Below are positions 19,601-28,090 of a stretch of DNA of 64,000 bases, in pieces; within the stretch, counting starts at the first letter, position 1, and the number at the start of each line of letters is the position of its first letter. The notes below the pieces were generated by a model. The model was not told where the DNA came from. It searched no databases and worked only from the letters and a program-made list of their open reading frames with translations. Where the stretch lies: the NCBI GenBank assembly GCA_963675745.2, contig CAXXWX010000023.1, forward strand, positions 64,001 through 128,000. Direction: 5' to 3'. Origin of the DNA: Phycisphaerae bacterium (GTDB lineage Bacteria; Planctomycetota; Phycisphaerae; UBA1845; Fen-1342). The translations under genes were made by a program, and so were the position numbers.

Positions 19601-19904
19601 GTATGACCGCCAGCTCGCCGGCACCGGAGCCGTCCACGCCACCTGTGGGCAGGCCCTGGGCTGACATCTCAACGCGGGCGATTCCGGTCGCCTGGCCGAA
19701 GGCGTACTCCCCGCTGATGCCGTCGTCCCAGCCGAGGAGCCAGTCCGAGCCCAGCCCATCCAGAAACACGCCGCCGCCGGTGCCCGTCACCGAATCGAAG
19801 TTCTCATCCAACGACTGGGCCGTCGTTGGCACACCACCCATGAATCCCAGCAGCAAAACGACGATTGCCACCCGCAATCTCACTCGCTGATTCCCAGCCG
19901 CCAT
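16605..19904 (-). CDS. Large secreted protein with four nested beta-sandwich-like repeats, a CBM4/9-like domain and a C-terminal dockerin-like domain
   Basis: Signal peptide; AAGGAG RBS; LQNPGFE..FFDTVSF; tail GDLNCDGFVNNGDIDPFV x2. Confidence 0.85.
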   Translation of the reverse strand: MAAGNQRVRLRVAIVVLLLGFMGGVPTTAQSLDENFDSVTGTGGGVFLDGLGSDWLLGWDDGISGEYAFGQATGIARVEMSAQGLPTGGVDGSGAGELAVILNSLNMIDQDFADVTGTGGGVFLAGDGVTPNVSGSTSDWDDGIEQEAAFCYTRDGAVLDGDASAQGLLAGGVGGTGAGQIDVTDVILNSGSWFAGLSWSLSGFPGGSGTLQNPGFELGLWDTVAGWDVWCDTGGSYPSVLIVTSSPQAGVQDLKVWGQAPGMDSAGVAQTLRAEPGQTWELDCWSSHHAADGIDGTTNYAEMRIEFYDGINSEPLSTTAATVLDGSSALDTWFDNTPIQLTAPAGTLTVRAVLQLVSPNADNGAVFFDTVSFGVIAGPPAFDLSDYSLTADVLGDANIPAGEAYGHYQLRIEDSDGDRLVFESISAADGTWQTIGDTLDQAIEKDSSDVPATGVFDLDSDTFKVVLLFDPDRTPTWGTGGTLSVDNVVLTNNRPDGSDYGGALIWDVPSLSVLDPRELTLAADVKGSIAGANYELRLQGYVATPNVDEDFSAITSDTEVEVAGPDDTSGTVVNWNSQIENDEVFFGTLDAVVTATGGVWVRALTSGGYGDDGSCMQIEVLDVWPDEDGYWYAGAVWREQALASANLSEVTLSAKAKGTWNEEWLQDPATYILRIEDPDGDWIGFDEVYDGTWQSIGGPLSGYTVSGFVDGSNGVFDIDTSLDYNIVIMFIGEGPPFSAYGNWGGTLTVDDVYLSPSPTPKLKEGGHVAFTGTADGSFQSVGGLVADGESTWPPEGGQFYPEWGSTLTSWDIGLEGETAFAGFGWGSSIETATVEGCATCGVGGSGGGMFNVTGIESPPGWYWAGVAWPGLALDLSNLNQVSFTADCKGIWDPNAGESAGIITLRLEDQYGKRISWDSSAVDGSFHTLGGTLNTFSAESGFDPNSPTYIATIIVFGYRTPTWGTGATVYFDNVSVSDAGGSVVSEGFETVVGPVPGFLTGMDAFAVQLSMADGMFTWGGGGSLAVDNLTFGEVSQYELGDLNCDGFVNNGDIDPFVLAVSDPGAYATAYPDCDINLADINDDGFVNNGDIDPFVALLSS

Positions 19905-20054
19905 AGTCCTGACTCCTTCTTTTCCGACTTCCGATGGCCACCGCACGACGCGGTCACCGAGAAGCGTTGCTCGTTTCCCCGCTGGTCCGGTTCCGCCGCC
20001 GACGGCGGCAACATTGGGAACCGCAGCGCCTTTTCAATCAGCTATTGCCCTGTT

Positions 20055-23000
20055 TCACTCGCCGTTCTTGCGGATCTCCAACGTGTTCAGGTAATAGAAC
20101 CCGTAGGAGTTCGTGTTTGTTGCCCCCTTGTCGATCGTGATCGTGATCGTGTCCTGGGCGTTTCCTCCCATGCCGAAAACGCCGGCGATTTGCGACTGGT
20201 TGTTGGCCGCGTCCAGCGTATCCATCGCCGGCGCATCGCCGAGCACGAGGTAGTCCGTGGTCCTGATATCCGAGGCACTCATGCGCGACGCGCAGAAGAT
20301 CAGGTCGTAGCTCGCCGTCGGATCGAGACCCGACAGCACGATGCGCGCGACCGGAAACGTCCCGCCACCGAATTCGACATCATTGCCAAACAGCGAATCC
20401 TGCAACGCCGTCACGGGATACTGCAACAAGTCCATATCGCTGCCCGGTGTCGGGCTGGTCGTGCCGTTGGTGTTGGTCCCGTTGAAACGAAGCGACGAAT
20501 CGATCGTCAACGTGATCCCGCTGGAAACCCCCGCAACCGTGTCCAGCGCATGGACACTGAGCATGTTGTCCGTGTGTACGTTGTTCCAATACCGCGGTGC
20601 GCCGCCGGTCTGAATCGTGGGGCTGCCAAAGTCGACCAGAACGGTCTCGTCGGAAGCGGTAGGCGTCACGGCCAGGAACACGTCGAGCGTGCCGTCCACG
20701 TAACCCAACGCCGACGCCGTTACGGTCGCCGAGTAGCTGCCAACCGCCAAACCGGTGGCGTCCACATCGAACGTGATCGGCGTACGGGCGGGCCACAAGG
20801 CCGGCAGGCTCAGCCAGGTCGGGGCAACCAGCGTGTCGTTGTCGATCGCCGCCAGGTCCACCGTCGGCGTGCTCGCATCGCCGGCCACAACAGTGGACGC
20901 ATCCTGGTCGGTCGCGTCCTGAACCACGACGAACGCCAGTTCGTCCGGCTGAAACTCCAGTTCCGGCGGCGGAGGCACGTACGCGGCCTGGAATTGGGCG
21001 AAGTCGGGCAGATCCACGTCGCCGTCGCCGTTGGAGTCAACGGTGCAACAAAGGCCGCTGTAGGCGGGCGGCTCGCACAAAGCTGTCAGGCACGGGCCCG
21101 TCATACACTCGTCCGACGTCGCGGGAGCGTTCGCCGGAACGCTGACACTCACGTTGTCGAAAATGACGAACGCGCTGCCCGTCGTGTTCTGGCCGGCGTC
21201 GTGATCGAACAAGCCCAGCATGATGTTGCCGAAGTCAAAGCCCGACGCGTTCACCTTTTCATAGACGACGGTGCCATTGAGCTTCCAGGTGACCACGCCG
21301 TCCCGCTGAGTGATCTCTCCCTCGACCCATTGACGGCCTGGAGCGCCCGCCTGCGAGTTGCCGACCGGGTCGCCGCCGACACTGGGAAAAAGGTCGAGCA
21401 GCAGCGGCTGGGCCTCGTCCCAGTGCATCACCGGAAGCCGCGTCGGCGAATTGCCATCGTTCCCGTAAAAGGCGTTGTAGTCCTTGATCGTGCCGTCGGT
21501 CGGGTAAATGCCGGCGGAGAGGCCGCCGTCGCCGGAGACGGCAAAGAAGACGCCGTCGGTGTCGGACGTGACCTCCGCCGACCCGATGAGCTTGGACGCG
21601 CCGTGGTTGATGCCGATGCACGCGTGCTCCGTCGATTCCGGCGAGTCCCAGCTTATGTACATGTCCCAGCGTAAGGTGAAGTCGCCATCGAAGGCATAGC
21701 CGGTGGGGTAGGCGCATATGCCCGACGGTGCCGCGGGCCCCGCCGTTGTGTTGGCCTCCATTCTCATTCCAAGCGTTGTGCCCCCTTGAGTATTCGGCGC
21801 GCTCGGGATTGACGCGGTGCTGTAGTCGAAACTGAAGACGGCCAGGTCACCGCTGCCGCCCGCCACGATCGTCCAGTTCGACGACGTATCGGTATCGAAA
21901 TCGTCCGACCACACCGTGGTCGGAATCTGCCCGCACTCATCGGGAACAGTGTCGGCGTCACAATCCTCGCTCGTGCCGAGGCTGATGTCGCAGTCGTCGG
22001 GAACTCCGTTGCCGTTGCAGTCCGGTTCGCGGTCGTCCGGCACGCAGTTCGAATTGCAGTCTGTCCCGGTAAACCCGCAGGGATAGGGAATCACCGCGTC
22101 GGCATACGCCTGAAGCTCAGCCGCCTCCGGTTCGGTCAGGCTGCCCAGCACCTTGGGCAGTCCGACAACACTTTCGTTGTATATCGTGCCATAAATGACC
22201 AACGCGGCCAGATAGGTTCCGCGCGAGTTGGCGTGATAGAGATCGGTAGCGTGAAGATTGTCCCACTCCGTGTCCTCAAAGGCATCGCCCACCGGCGCGA
22301 CAACCGCGCGATCGGCCGCGAGCGTGATGTCAACGTCCTGCTCGGCCTGCCGGTAGCCATCCCTCAGTTCCTCCTGCATCTGCGCGGGACCGTCCGGAAA
22401 CGACGGGGGAGACCCGGTGTACACGCTGTGTCCCGGCGCGCGGGCCCACGTCTCGTACAGGATGGCGCCGGCGGCGGGACTATGGCTGCGGACCTCGCCA
22501 TACAAGGCGGCCAGGTCGGTGCGGAATGTGTTGAGCTCTCCGATGTGAGTGGGACGCGTCGAATACCCCTGGAGAACGACAAAGTCCCACTGATACCCCG
22601 GCTCGGGGACAAAGTCCTGCGGGCTGCTGATGACGGCCAGGTTGTTGGCCAGGTGCCAGCTTAGTGTCTGACCGCTGACGGCGGCGTTCTCGATGTTGGG
22701 GGCCGCGTGACCGGCGGCGACCGCCAGCTCGCCGACGACGCCCGGCACGCCTCCGGCCGCCTGCGCCTCCGTCGAGCCCGACCCCAGCGTGAAGCTGTTG
22801 CCGTAGAACAGGATGGTCAGTGGATCATCCGCCCGAGCCGCGACCGGCAGAGTAACCAGGAGCATTACCCCGAACACCAGCACCAGATGGGTCGCGCCAC
22901 ATCGCGTGATGAGACGCCCCCCTCCGCTGCTGCGCCACTCGTTACACACGCGGCACCTCCGCCTTTCGAAACCGGTCCCGCGACGCAAGGCGGCGGCCAT
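20055..23000 (-). CDS. Secreted multidomain SGNH-type (DUF4886-like) hydrolase with Cys-rich linker, lectin-like fold and internal dockerin-like motif
   Basis: FYGNSFT, WDFVVLQGYS, YETWAR, DLYHAN; DCNGNGVPDDCD; DSNGDGDVDLPDFAQFQ; start uncertain. Confidence 0.75.
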   Translation of the reverse strand: MAAALRRGTGFERRRCRVCNEWRSSGGGRLITRCGATHLVLVFGVMLLVTLPVAARADDPLTILFYGNSFTLGSGSTEAQAAGGVPGVVGELAVAAGHAAPNIENAAVSGQTLSWHLANNLAVISSPQDFVPEPGYQWDFVVLQGYSTRPTHIGELNTFRTDLAALYGEVRSHSPAAGAILYETWARAPGHSVYTGSPPSFPDGPAQMQEELRDGYRQAEQDVDITLAADRAVVAPVGDAFEDTEWDNLHATDLYHANSRGTYLAALVIYGTIYNESVVGLPKVLGSLTEPEAAELQAYADAVIPYPCGFTGTDCNSNCVPDDREPDCNGNGVPDDCDISLGTSEDCDADTVPDECGQIPTTVWSDDFDTDTSSNWTIVAGGSGDLAVFSFDYSTASIPSAPNTQGGTTLGMRMEANTTAGPAAPSGICAYPTGYAFDGDFTLRWDMYISWDSPESTEHACIGINHGASKLIGSAEVTSDTDGVFFAVSGDGGLSAGIYPTDGTIKDYNAFYGNDGNSPTRLPVMHWDEAQPLLLDLFPSVGGDPVGNSQAGAPGRQWVEGEITQRDGVVTWKLNGTVVYEKVNASGFDFGNIMLGLFDHDAGQNTTGSAFVIFDNVSVSVPANAPATSDECMTGPCLTALCEPPAYSGLCCTVDSNGDGDVDLPDFAQFQAAYVPPPPELEFQPDELAFVVVQDATDQDASTVVAGDASTPTVDLAAIDNDTLVAPTWLSLPALWPARTPITFDVDATGLAVGSYSATVTASALGYVDGTLDVFLAVTPTASDETVLVDFGSPTIQTGGAPRYWNNVHTDNMLSVHALDTVAGVSSGITLTIDSSLRFNGTNTNGTTSPTPGSDMDLLQYPVTALQDSLFGNDVEFGGGTFPVARIVLSGLDPTASYDLIFCASRMSASDIRTTDYLVLGDAPAMDTLDAANNQSQIAGVFGMGGNAQDTITITIDKGATNTNSYGFYYLNTLEIRKNGE

Positions 23001-23264
23001 CCGCCGTCATGCGAGGCTCTCTACACTCGGTGCGTTCTCGTTTGTCGGATAGCTTCCGGCTACATTGTCCCACGATCCAATATACTGCCGCGCGCCCTCA
23101 ATCCTGCAGGCCAATCCGCGGTTCACGCCCTGTGGTGCGGCAAGGCGACGACACCAGGCCACGGCCGCTGTCGCTGTCGCTGCCCGCCAGGCCAGACCCG
23201 TTCGTCAACGCCGCTCAGCAACCTGCGCCCTCAATTACTATGAGACCTTTCACGCACAACCGGC

Positions 23265-24164
23265 TCACCGCCGCCGACGGAGCGTCACAATCCCGCCGGC
23301 AAGCATGAGCAGCCCGATTGACGGCTCGGGGACAATGAACTGATCCGCCACGCCGGCGAGATAGTCGCCGTAGGGTGCTGGCATACCCAGGCTGTCCAGC
23401 ACGTCCGTCAGATCGAGGTCGCTTACGTCGTCCTGGTAGATCGTTCCGTAGATGACCAGTGACGCGAGCAGCGTGCCGCGGTTGTTCGCGTGATAAAGGT
23501 CCGATGCGTGCAGGTTACTCCAGTCGGTGTACTCCCAGGCATCACCCACTGGGGCCACGCGCGAGGTCTCCGCACCGGCCAGCGCGTTGACATCCGCCGT
23601 TGATAAGGCGTAGCCGTCCCGCAGCTCCTGCTGCATCTGGGCTGGTCCACCCGGGAATTCCGGCGGACTCCCGTCGTAGATCTCGTGCCCCGGCGCTCTG
23701 GCCCAGGTCTCGAATCCGATCACCTGCGCGTCCGGGCTGTGGGCCGCGACCGTCTGGTACATTGAAACGAAGTCAGCCCGATGCGCCGCCAGGTCGCCGA
23801 TGTGCGTGGGTCGCGTCGAGTAGTCCTGCAGGATGACGTAGTCCCATGTCTGCCCGGCGGGGATTCCCGACGAGATCACGTCGGTGTTGCTCGCCAGATG
23901 GTCCGCCAGACTCCAGCCCCCCACCGCCGCGGTCACCACATACGGATCAGGCTGGCCGGCCGCCACGGCGATGTCATTCACCAGGTCGGGCACGCTCCGC
24001 GTGCTCCACGAGCCAAGCGTGAAGCTGTTGCCATAGAACAAGAGGTTCTCATCGGCGTTGGCCGGGGCGGACAATGCGAGCATCGTCAACAGGACGATCG
24101 CCGGGCCTGTCAGGATTGCTCGCGCTTGGTCGCCGTGCCGACGAGCCTTCGCGTCTCGAGCCAT
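23265..24164 (-). CDS. SGNH-type (DUF4886-like) PEP-CTERM protein
   Basis: FYGNSFT, WDYVILQDYS, DLYHAN; VPEPSIGLLMLAGGIVTLRRRR. Confidence 0.85.
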   Translation of the reverse strand: MARDAKARRHGDQARAILTGPAIVLLTMLALSAPANADENLLFYGNSFTLGSWSTRSVPDLVNDIAVAAGQPDPYVVTAAVGGWSLADHLASNTDVISSGIPAGQTWDYVILQDYSTRPTHIGDLAAHRADFVSMYQTVAAHSPDAQVIGFETWARAPGHEIYDGSPPEFPGGPAQMQQELRDGYALSTADVNALAGAETSRVAPVGDAWEYTDWSNLHASDLYHANNRGTLLASLVIYGTIYQDDVSDLDLTDVLDSLGMPAPYGDYLAGVADQFIVPEPSIGLLMLAGGIVTLRRRR

Positions 24165-24277
24165 GATTGCCTCCGCCCGCGAGCCGCTTCCGCTGCCAGG
24201 GACTCCCCGAGGTCCGTGCAAACATCGCACGGACCTTTACCCTGCAACAATCCCACGGACATCTGAGCGACGTTTGT

Positions 24278-24973
24278 CTAACGCCGACGCAGAACGACTG
24301 CGGCGCCACCAATCACGAGCAGCATCAGCGAAGTCGGCTCCGGGACGACATCCATCTTCATCGCGCCCCAGTAGTAGAAGCCCAGGCTGTTGTTGTTGTT
24401 CGGGCCGGGCTGCGCCTGGATCACGATCTCGCCGGCCGGCGTGGGGCTGATGCCGCCGATGAACGCGATCTCGCTCACGTTGCCCACCGAATTCAGATAG
24501 TCGGTTCCGCTGTTGAGCCCGAGGACGTCGTACTGCGCCTCGCGGTTGTCGCTGGCCCCGAGTCGCGCTGCGAAGATCGAGAAATCGTAGGTGAAAGCGG
24601 GGTCCAATCCTGTGAGCGTAACACCCATCGTCGGCTGGGTCTGACCATACCAGTCCCCGGTGCAGCCGTAGAGGCTGTCGCGCGTGGCCTGCGGGTCGAA
24701 CATCGCCGCATCACCGGACGGCGACTGCGTGCCGTTGTTGTTGGCTGAGGTCGTGTAAAACGCGTCGTGAACCGTCAGCCCGATTCCGGTCAACGCTCCG
24801 CTGTCGTTTATGCAGTCGGCGATCGGGTTCTGGTGCCAGTCGAGGTTGTTGTAGTTGCCGCCGGTGGGATAGGGCTCATCGCCGAAATCGAAGTAGAGCG
24901 ACTCCGCCATCGCCGGAGTTGCCATCCCTAACACGCACGCCACCAACACCACACTCGCTACTCCACGGTACAT
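24278..24973 (-). CDS. PEP-CTERM protein (beta-sandwich-like passenger)
   Basis: GGAGGAG RBS; signal peptide AMA|ES; VPEPTSLMLLVIGGAAVVLRRR. Confidence 0.88.
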   Translation of the reverse strand: MYRGVASVVLVACVLGMATPAMAESLYFDFGDEPYPTGGNYNNLDWHQNPIADCINDSGALTGIGLTVHDAFYTTSANNNGTQSPSGDAAMFDPQATRDSLYGCTGDWYGQTQPTMGVTLTGLDPAFTYDFSIFAARLGASDNREAQYDVLGLNSGTDYLNSVGNVSEIAFIGGISPTPAGEIVIQAQPGPNNNNSLGFYYWGAMKMDVVPEPTSLMLLVIGGAAVVLRRR

Positions 24974-25759
24974 GTCTGTCTCCTCCTCCAAACGTTGGTT
25001 AAACGCCATGCCGCCGCCCACCGGCTTCCCACGAGCAACCTCGATGACCGGCTGGGCAACAGCGACACGGCAACGACCACGCCTCCTGATCGGCGCGAGA
25101 TGAACAAGTAACACTCACCGTTACAGTTGCGGATCATAACCGATTCGGACATACGATGCAATGCAATTCGCCACGAATCCGGTGGCGGATCGCCGGGCCC
25201 GGCTAAGCCCTTGACGGCGCGCATTTCTCTCTCAGACAACCGGTTAGGAGACCGGCGTGCGGCGTGACAATCCAAGGCGCGAGAATCCACCCGGATTTTT
25301 GCCAGTATGTACTCGGCCGCGACCTGCGAAACAGGCGGCCATGCGCGGCATTACCGAAGCCCAACCCCGACGCCGCTCGACCAAACGCCGTCCGTACCAT
25401 TCGCGCCCGTCTCGAAGCTGGAATAGGCTGTTTTCAACGCATCAAACCGCCATCGGCCTCGCGCGCAAAACGCCCCCTCGTCGCTGCGCAAACATGCGTT
25501 GCGCTCGCGGGCGAACCGAGCCCGCCAGCGTACCACCGACCCCCGCTTCCAGCGTGGCACCAGCCGGGCACCGAGCGACGCCTGACCGATGCACGGTTCC
25601 ATTGCCACCCTTCGGGCGGTAAAATTACGAACCTGCCCATTGACGCGGGCTTCCGATTTACGTTAATGTAACGTGTACCGTATCAGTCACGCCGGCTCGT
25701 AACGATAAGCGGAACACACCGCCTGTCCGTCCGGCGTGGAGTGGAGGTGAGTGCATACA

Positions 25760-26818
25760 ATGGCCTCTGTACGAAAAATCGCGGATCAGGCTGGCGTGTC
25801 GATCGCGACCGTCTCGCGCGCTCTTCACAACGAACGCGGCATCAGTCCCGACACTCGGAGGCGAATTCTGGCAATCGCAAACAGGTCTGGATACTTCCGT
25901 TCAGCGCCCCAGCGCAGTACCTCGCTGGTGGGCTTCGTCTATATCGGCCCGCAGACGCTTTCCCATCCCTTTGATGCCGCCGTGCTCGACGGACTCTCCA
26001 AGGGTTTGCGGCCTGACGGCTATGACCTCGTCATTCTCAATCCGCAGCGGCGCCGCCGGTCGGCCATGGAGTTTGCGCAACTCATCTGCCGATCAAACGT
26101 GCAGGGTGTTGTGCTGCGCACGATGTCCGAGTCGCGCGACGTCTGCGCCGCGATGGCCGAGATCGGCTTTCCCCACGTCGTGATCTCGGAGCGCTTCGAA
26201 TTCGACGAGGGCGTCAGCTACGTGGACTCGGACTCACACGCCGCCAGCATGCAGGCCACCGAGTACCTGATCTCGCTGGGCCATCGCCGCATCGCCTTTG
26301 CCACGCACAACGTGGCGGACCACGATCACATGGACCGCTACGACGGGTATACCGAGGCCCTCGCGAAGCACGGCTTGAGCGTCGATGAGAACCTGGTGTT
26401 CCAGCACCCGGCGGACGTGGCGGGTGGCGCTACGGTGCTGAAGATGGCGATGAGCATGAAGGACCGGCCCACGGCCATCTATCTGGCGGACTGGCTGCTG
26501 GCGATTGGTGCGTTGAAGGCGGCTCATTCGATGCGCATACGCGTGCCGGAAGAGCTCTCAATTGTGGGCGTCGACGATGCGGAATTGAGGCACACGGTCC
26601 ATCCGACGCTGACCGCGGTGTGCCAGAACGCCTTCGATCTTGGGGCGCGGGCCGGACAGGCGCTCGGAAGATCTCTGGCCGGGCAGGCCTCAACGCCCCT
26701 GAGAATCTCGCTTCCCGGATACTTCGAGATCAACGAATCAACCGGGCCGCCGCGGCGCACCGAGGACAACCCGCGCGGGCCCGGCAACGAAGGCAACGGC
26801 GGTTCACAGCGGTTCTGA
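25760..26818 (+). CDS. LacI-family transcriptional regulator
   Basis: SVRKIADQAGVSIATVSRAL HTH; LISLGHRRIAF; VPEELSIVGVDD; PTLTAV. Confidence 0.95.
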   Translation: MASVRKIADQAGVSIATVSRALHNERGISPDTRRRILAIANRSGYFRSAPQRSTSLVGFVYIGPQTLSHPFDAAVLDGLSKGLRPDGYDLVILNPQRRRRSAMEFAQLICRSNVQGVVLRTMSESRDVCAAMAEIGFPHVVISERFEFDEGVSYVDSDSHAASMQATEYLISLGHRRIAFATHNVADHDHMDRYDGYTEALAKHGLSVDENLVFQHPADVAGGATVLKMAMSMKDRPTAIYLADWLLAIGALKAAHSMRIRVPEELSIVGVDDAELRHTVHPTLTAVCQNAFDLGARAGQALGRSLAGQASTPLRISLPGYFEINESTGPPRRTEDNPRGPGNEGNGGSQRF

Positions 26819-26843
26819 ACGTGGGAACACGGAGCGATGTATC

Positions 26844-27950
26844 ATGCGTACTTCATGGTCTACCGGGTCAAGCGGATGCTGCCGCCGGGCCTGGGCATTC
26901 ACGCTGATTGAACTACTGGTTGTCGTAGCGATCATCGCCCTGCTCATCAGCATCCTCCTGCCATCGCTGTCGATGGCGCGCCAACAGGTGAAGGCGACCG
27001 TGTGTCTGTCCAATATGCGCAGCATGGGGCAGATGATCCACGCCTTCGCGACCGAGCGGGATGGGCGGTTTCAGATCGTCGCGACGGCCAACGGGCTGCT
27101 CAAGGCTGACCCGGACAAAGGAAAGTACATGTATGACGACGACGGGGAGCTGCTCGCCTGGCCCGTCGCCCTGATGCGAAACGACGGCAACATCTGCCGT
27201 AGTAACCGGGACTGGGGTGTCCGCGCCGAGCGAACCGACGCGATGGCCAAACGCGGCCGCATGAGCAAGCAGTTCCCGGTCGCCGTGTGTCCAGCAGACA
27301 AGGTGCAGGTCGCCACGCCGTACTTCCCGCGCGGCCAGGCACTGGTGGGATACGATCCGAACGGCGTCTCGGGCCCCAACGTCTCCTACTGGGGGCGTCT
27401 GAGCTACGGGTTGAACGAAGACATTGCGGGCGTTGAGGACGCGAGCACAATGGTGCGCTGGCCGGCGTGCTGGCGCTCCACGTACCAGAATGGGGAGTGC
27501 TACGAGTGCGTCGGCGGCGTTCTCTACGGCCCAAGCAGCCCTTGCTTCCGTGCGAAAGGAGAGCGGCTGCGCGGCGAACTCGACAAGGTTTACCGGCCGG
27601 GGACGGTGGCGCTGCTGATTGACGCCGGGCCAAACAACGGCGCTGCTCCGGGCATGACCGGGGGTATGGCGGACGACGCCAACCTGTTCAATAGTTGGCA
27701 ATACAATGCCCCCAGCTCCGACGCAGAGGGGCCATACCTGGGCAACTGTGTACAGTTCATGGGTCCGCGAATCCCAACCAACCGGCATCCGGACGGGAGG
27801 GTCAACATCCTGTATGCCGATTGTCATGGTGAGTGGGCCAAGCCGGTTGGTGAGTGGTCAGCCCCGCGCGGGACCTGGCCGGCTTTGCCCAAACGCTATA
27901 CACCACGGGTGCGGGTCTCGCCGTACAGCGACGGCGGTGCGCAGCCCTAA
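26844..27950 (+). CDS. Prepilin-type N-terminal cleavage/methylation protein (DUF1559-like)
   Basis: [49 protein letters not shown]. Confidence 0.9.
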   Translation: MRTSWSTGSSGCCRRAWAFTLIELLVVVAIIALLISILLPSLSMARQQVKATVCLSNMRSMGQMIHAFATERDGRFQIVATANGLLKADPDKGKYMYDDDGELLAWPVALMRNDGNICRSNRDWGVRAERTDAMAKRGRMSKQFPVAVCPADKVQVATPYFPRGQALVGYDPNGVSGPNVSYWGRLSYGLNEDIAGVEDASTMVRWPACWRSTYQNGECYECVGGVLYGPSSPCFRAKGERLRGELDKVYRPGTVALLIDAGPNNGAAPGMTGGMADDANLFNSWQYNAPSSDAEGPYLGNCVQFMGPRIPTNRHPDGRVNILYADCHGEWAKPVGEWSAPRGTWPALPKRYTPRVRVSPYSDGGAQP

Positions 27951-28090
27951 GCCCTGGGCACGACCGACGATATCAACGGGGTGCAAGGCGGCCAACGCTC
28001 GCAGGACCCGGGCGTTTTCGGGAACGAACCGTGCGGCTGTCCACCCGACCGCGCCGACGGCCCGGCGCCGCTCATACGGAGCATCGACAC

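Noticed and set aside
25640..25720. LacI operator near TACGTTAATGTA / GTAACGTGTAC
   Set aside because: Palindromes are imperfect and I could not find convincing repeat copies elsewhere in the locus.
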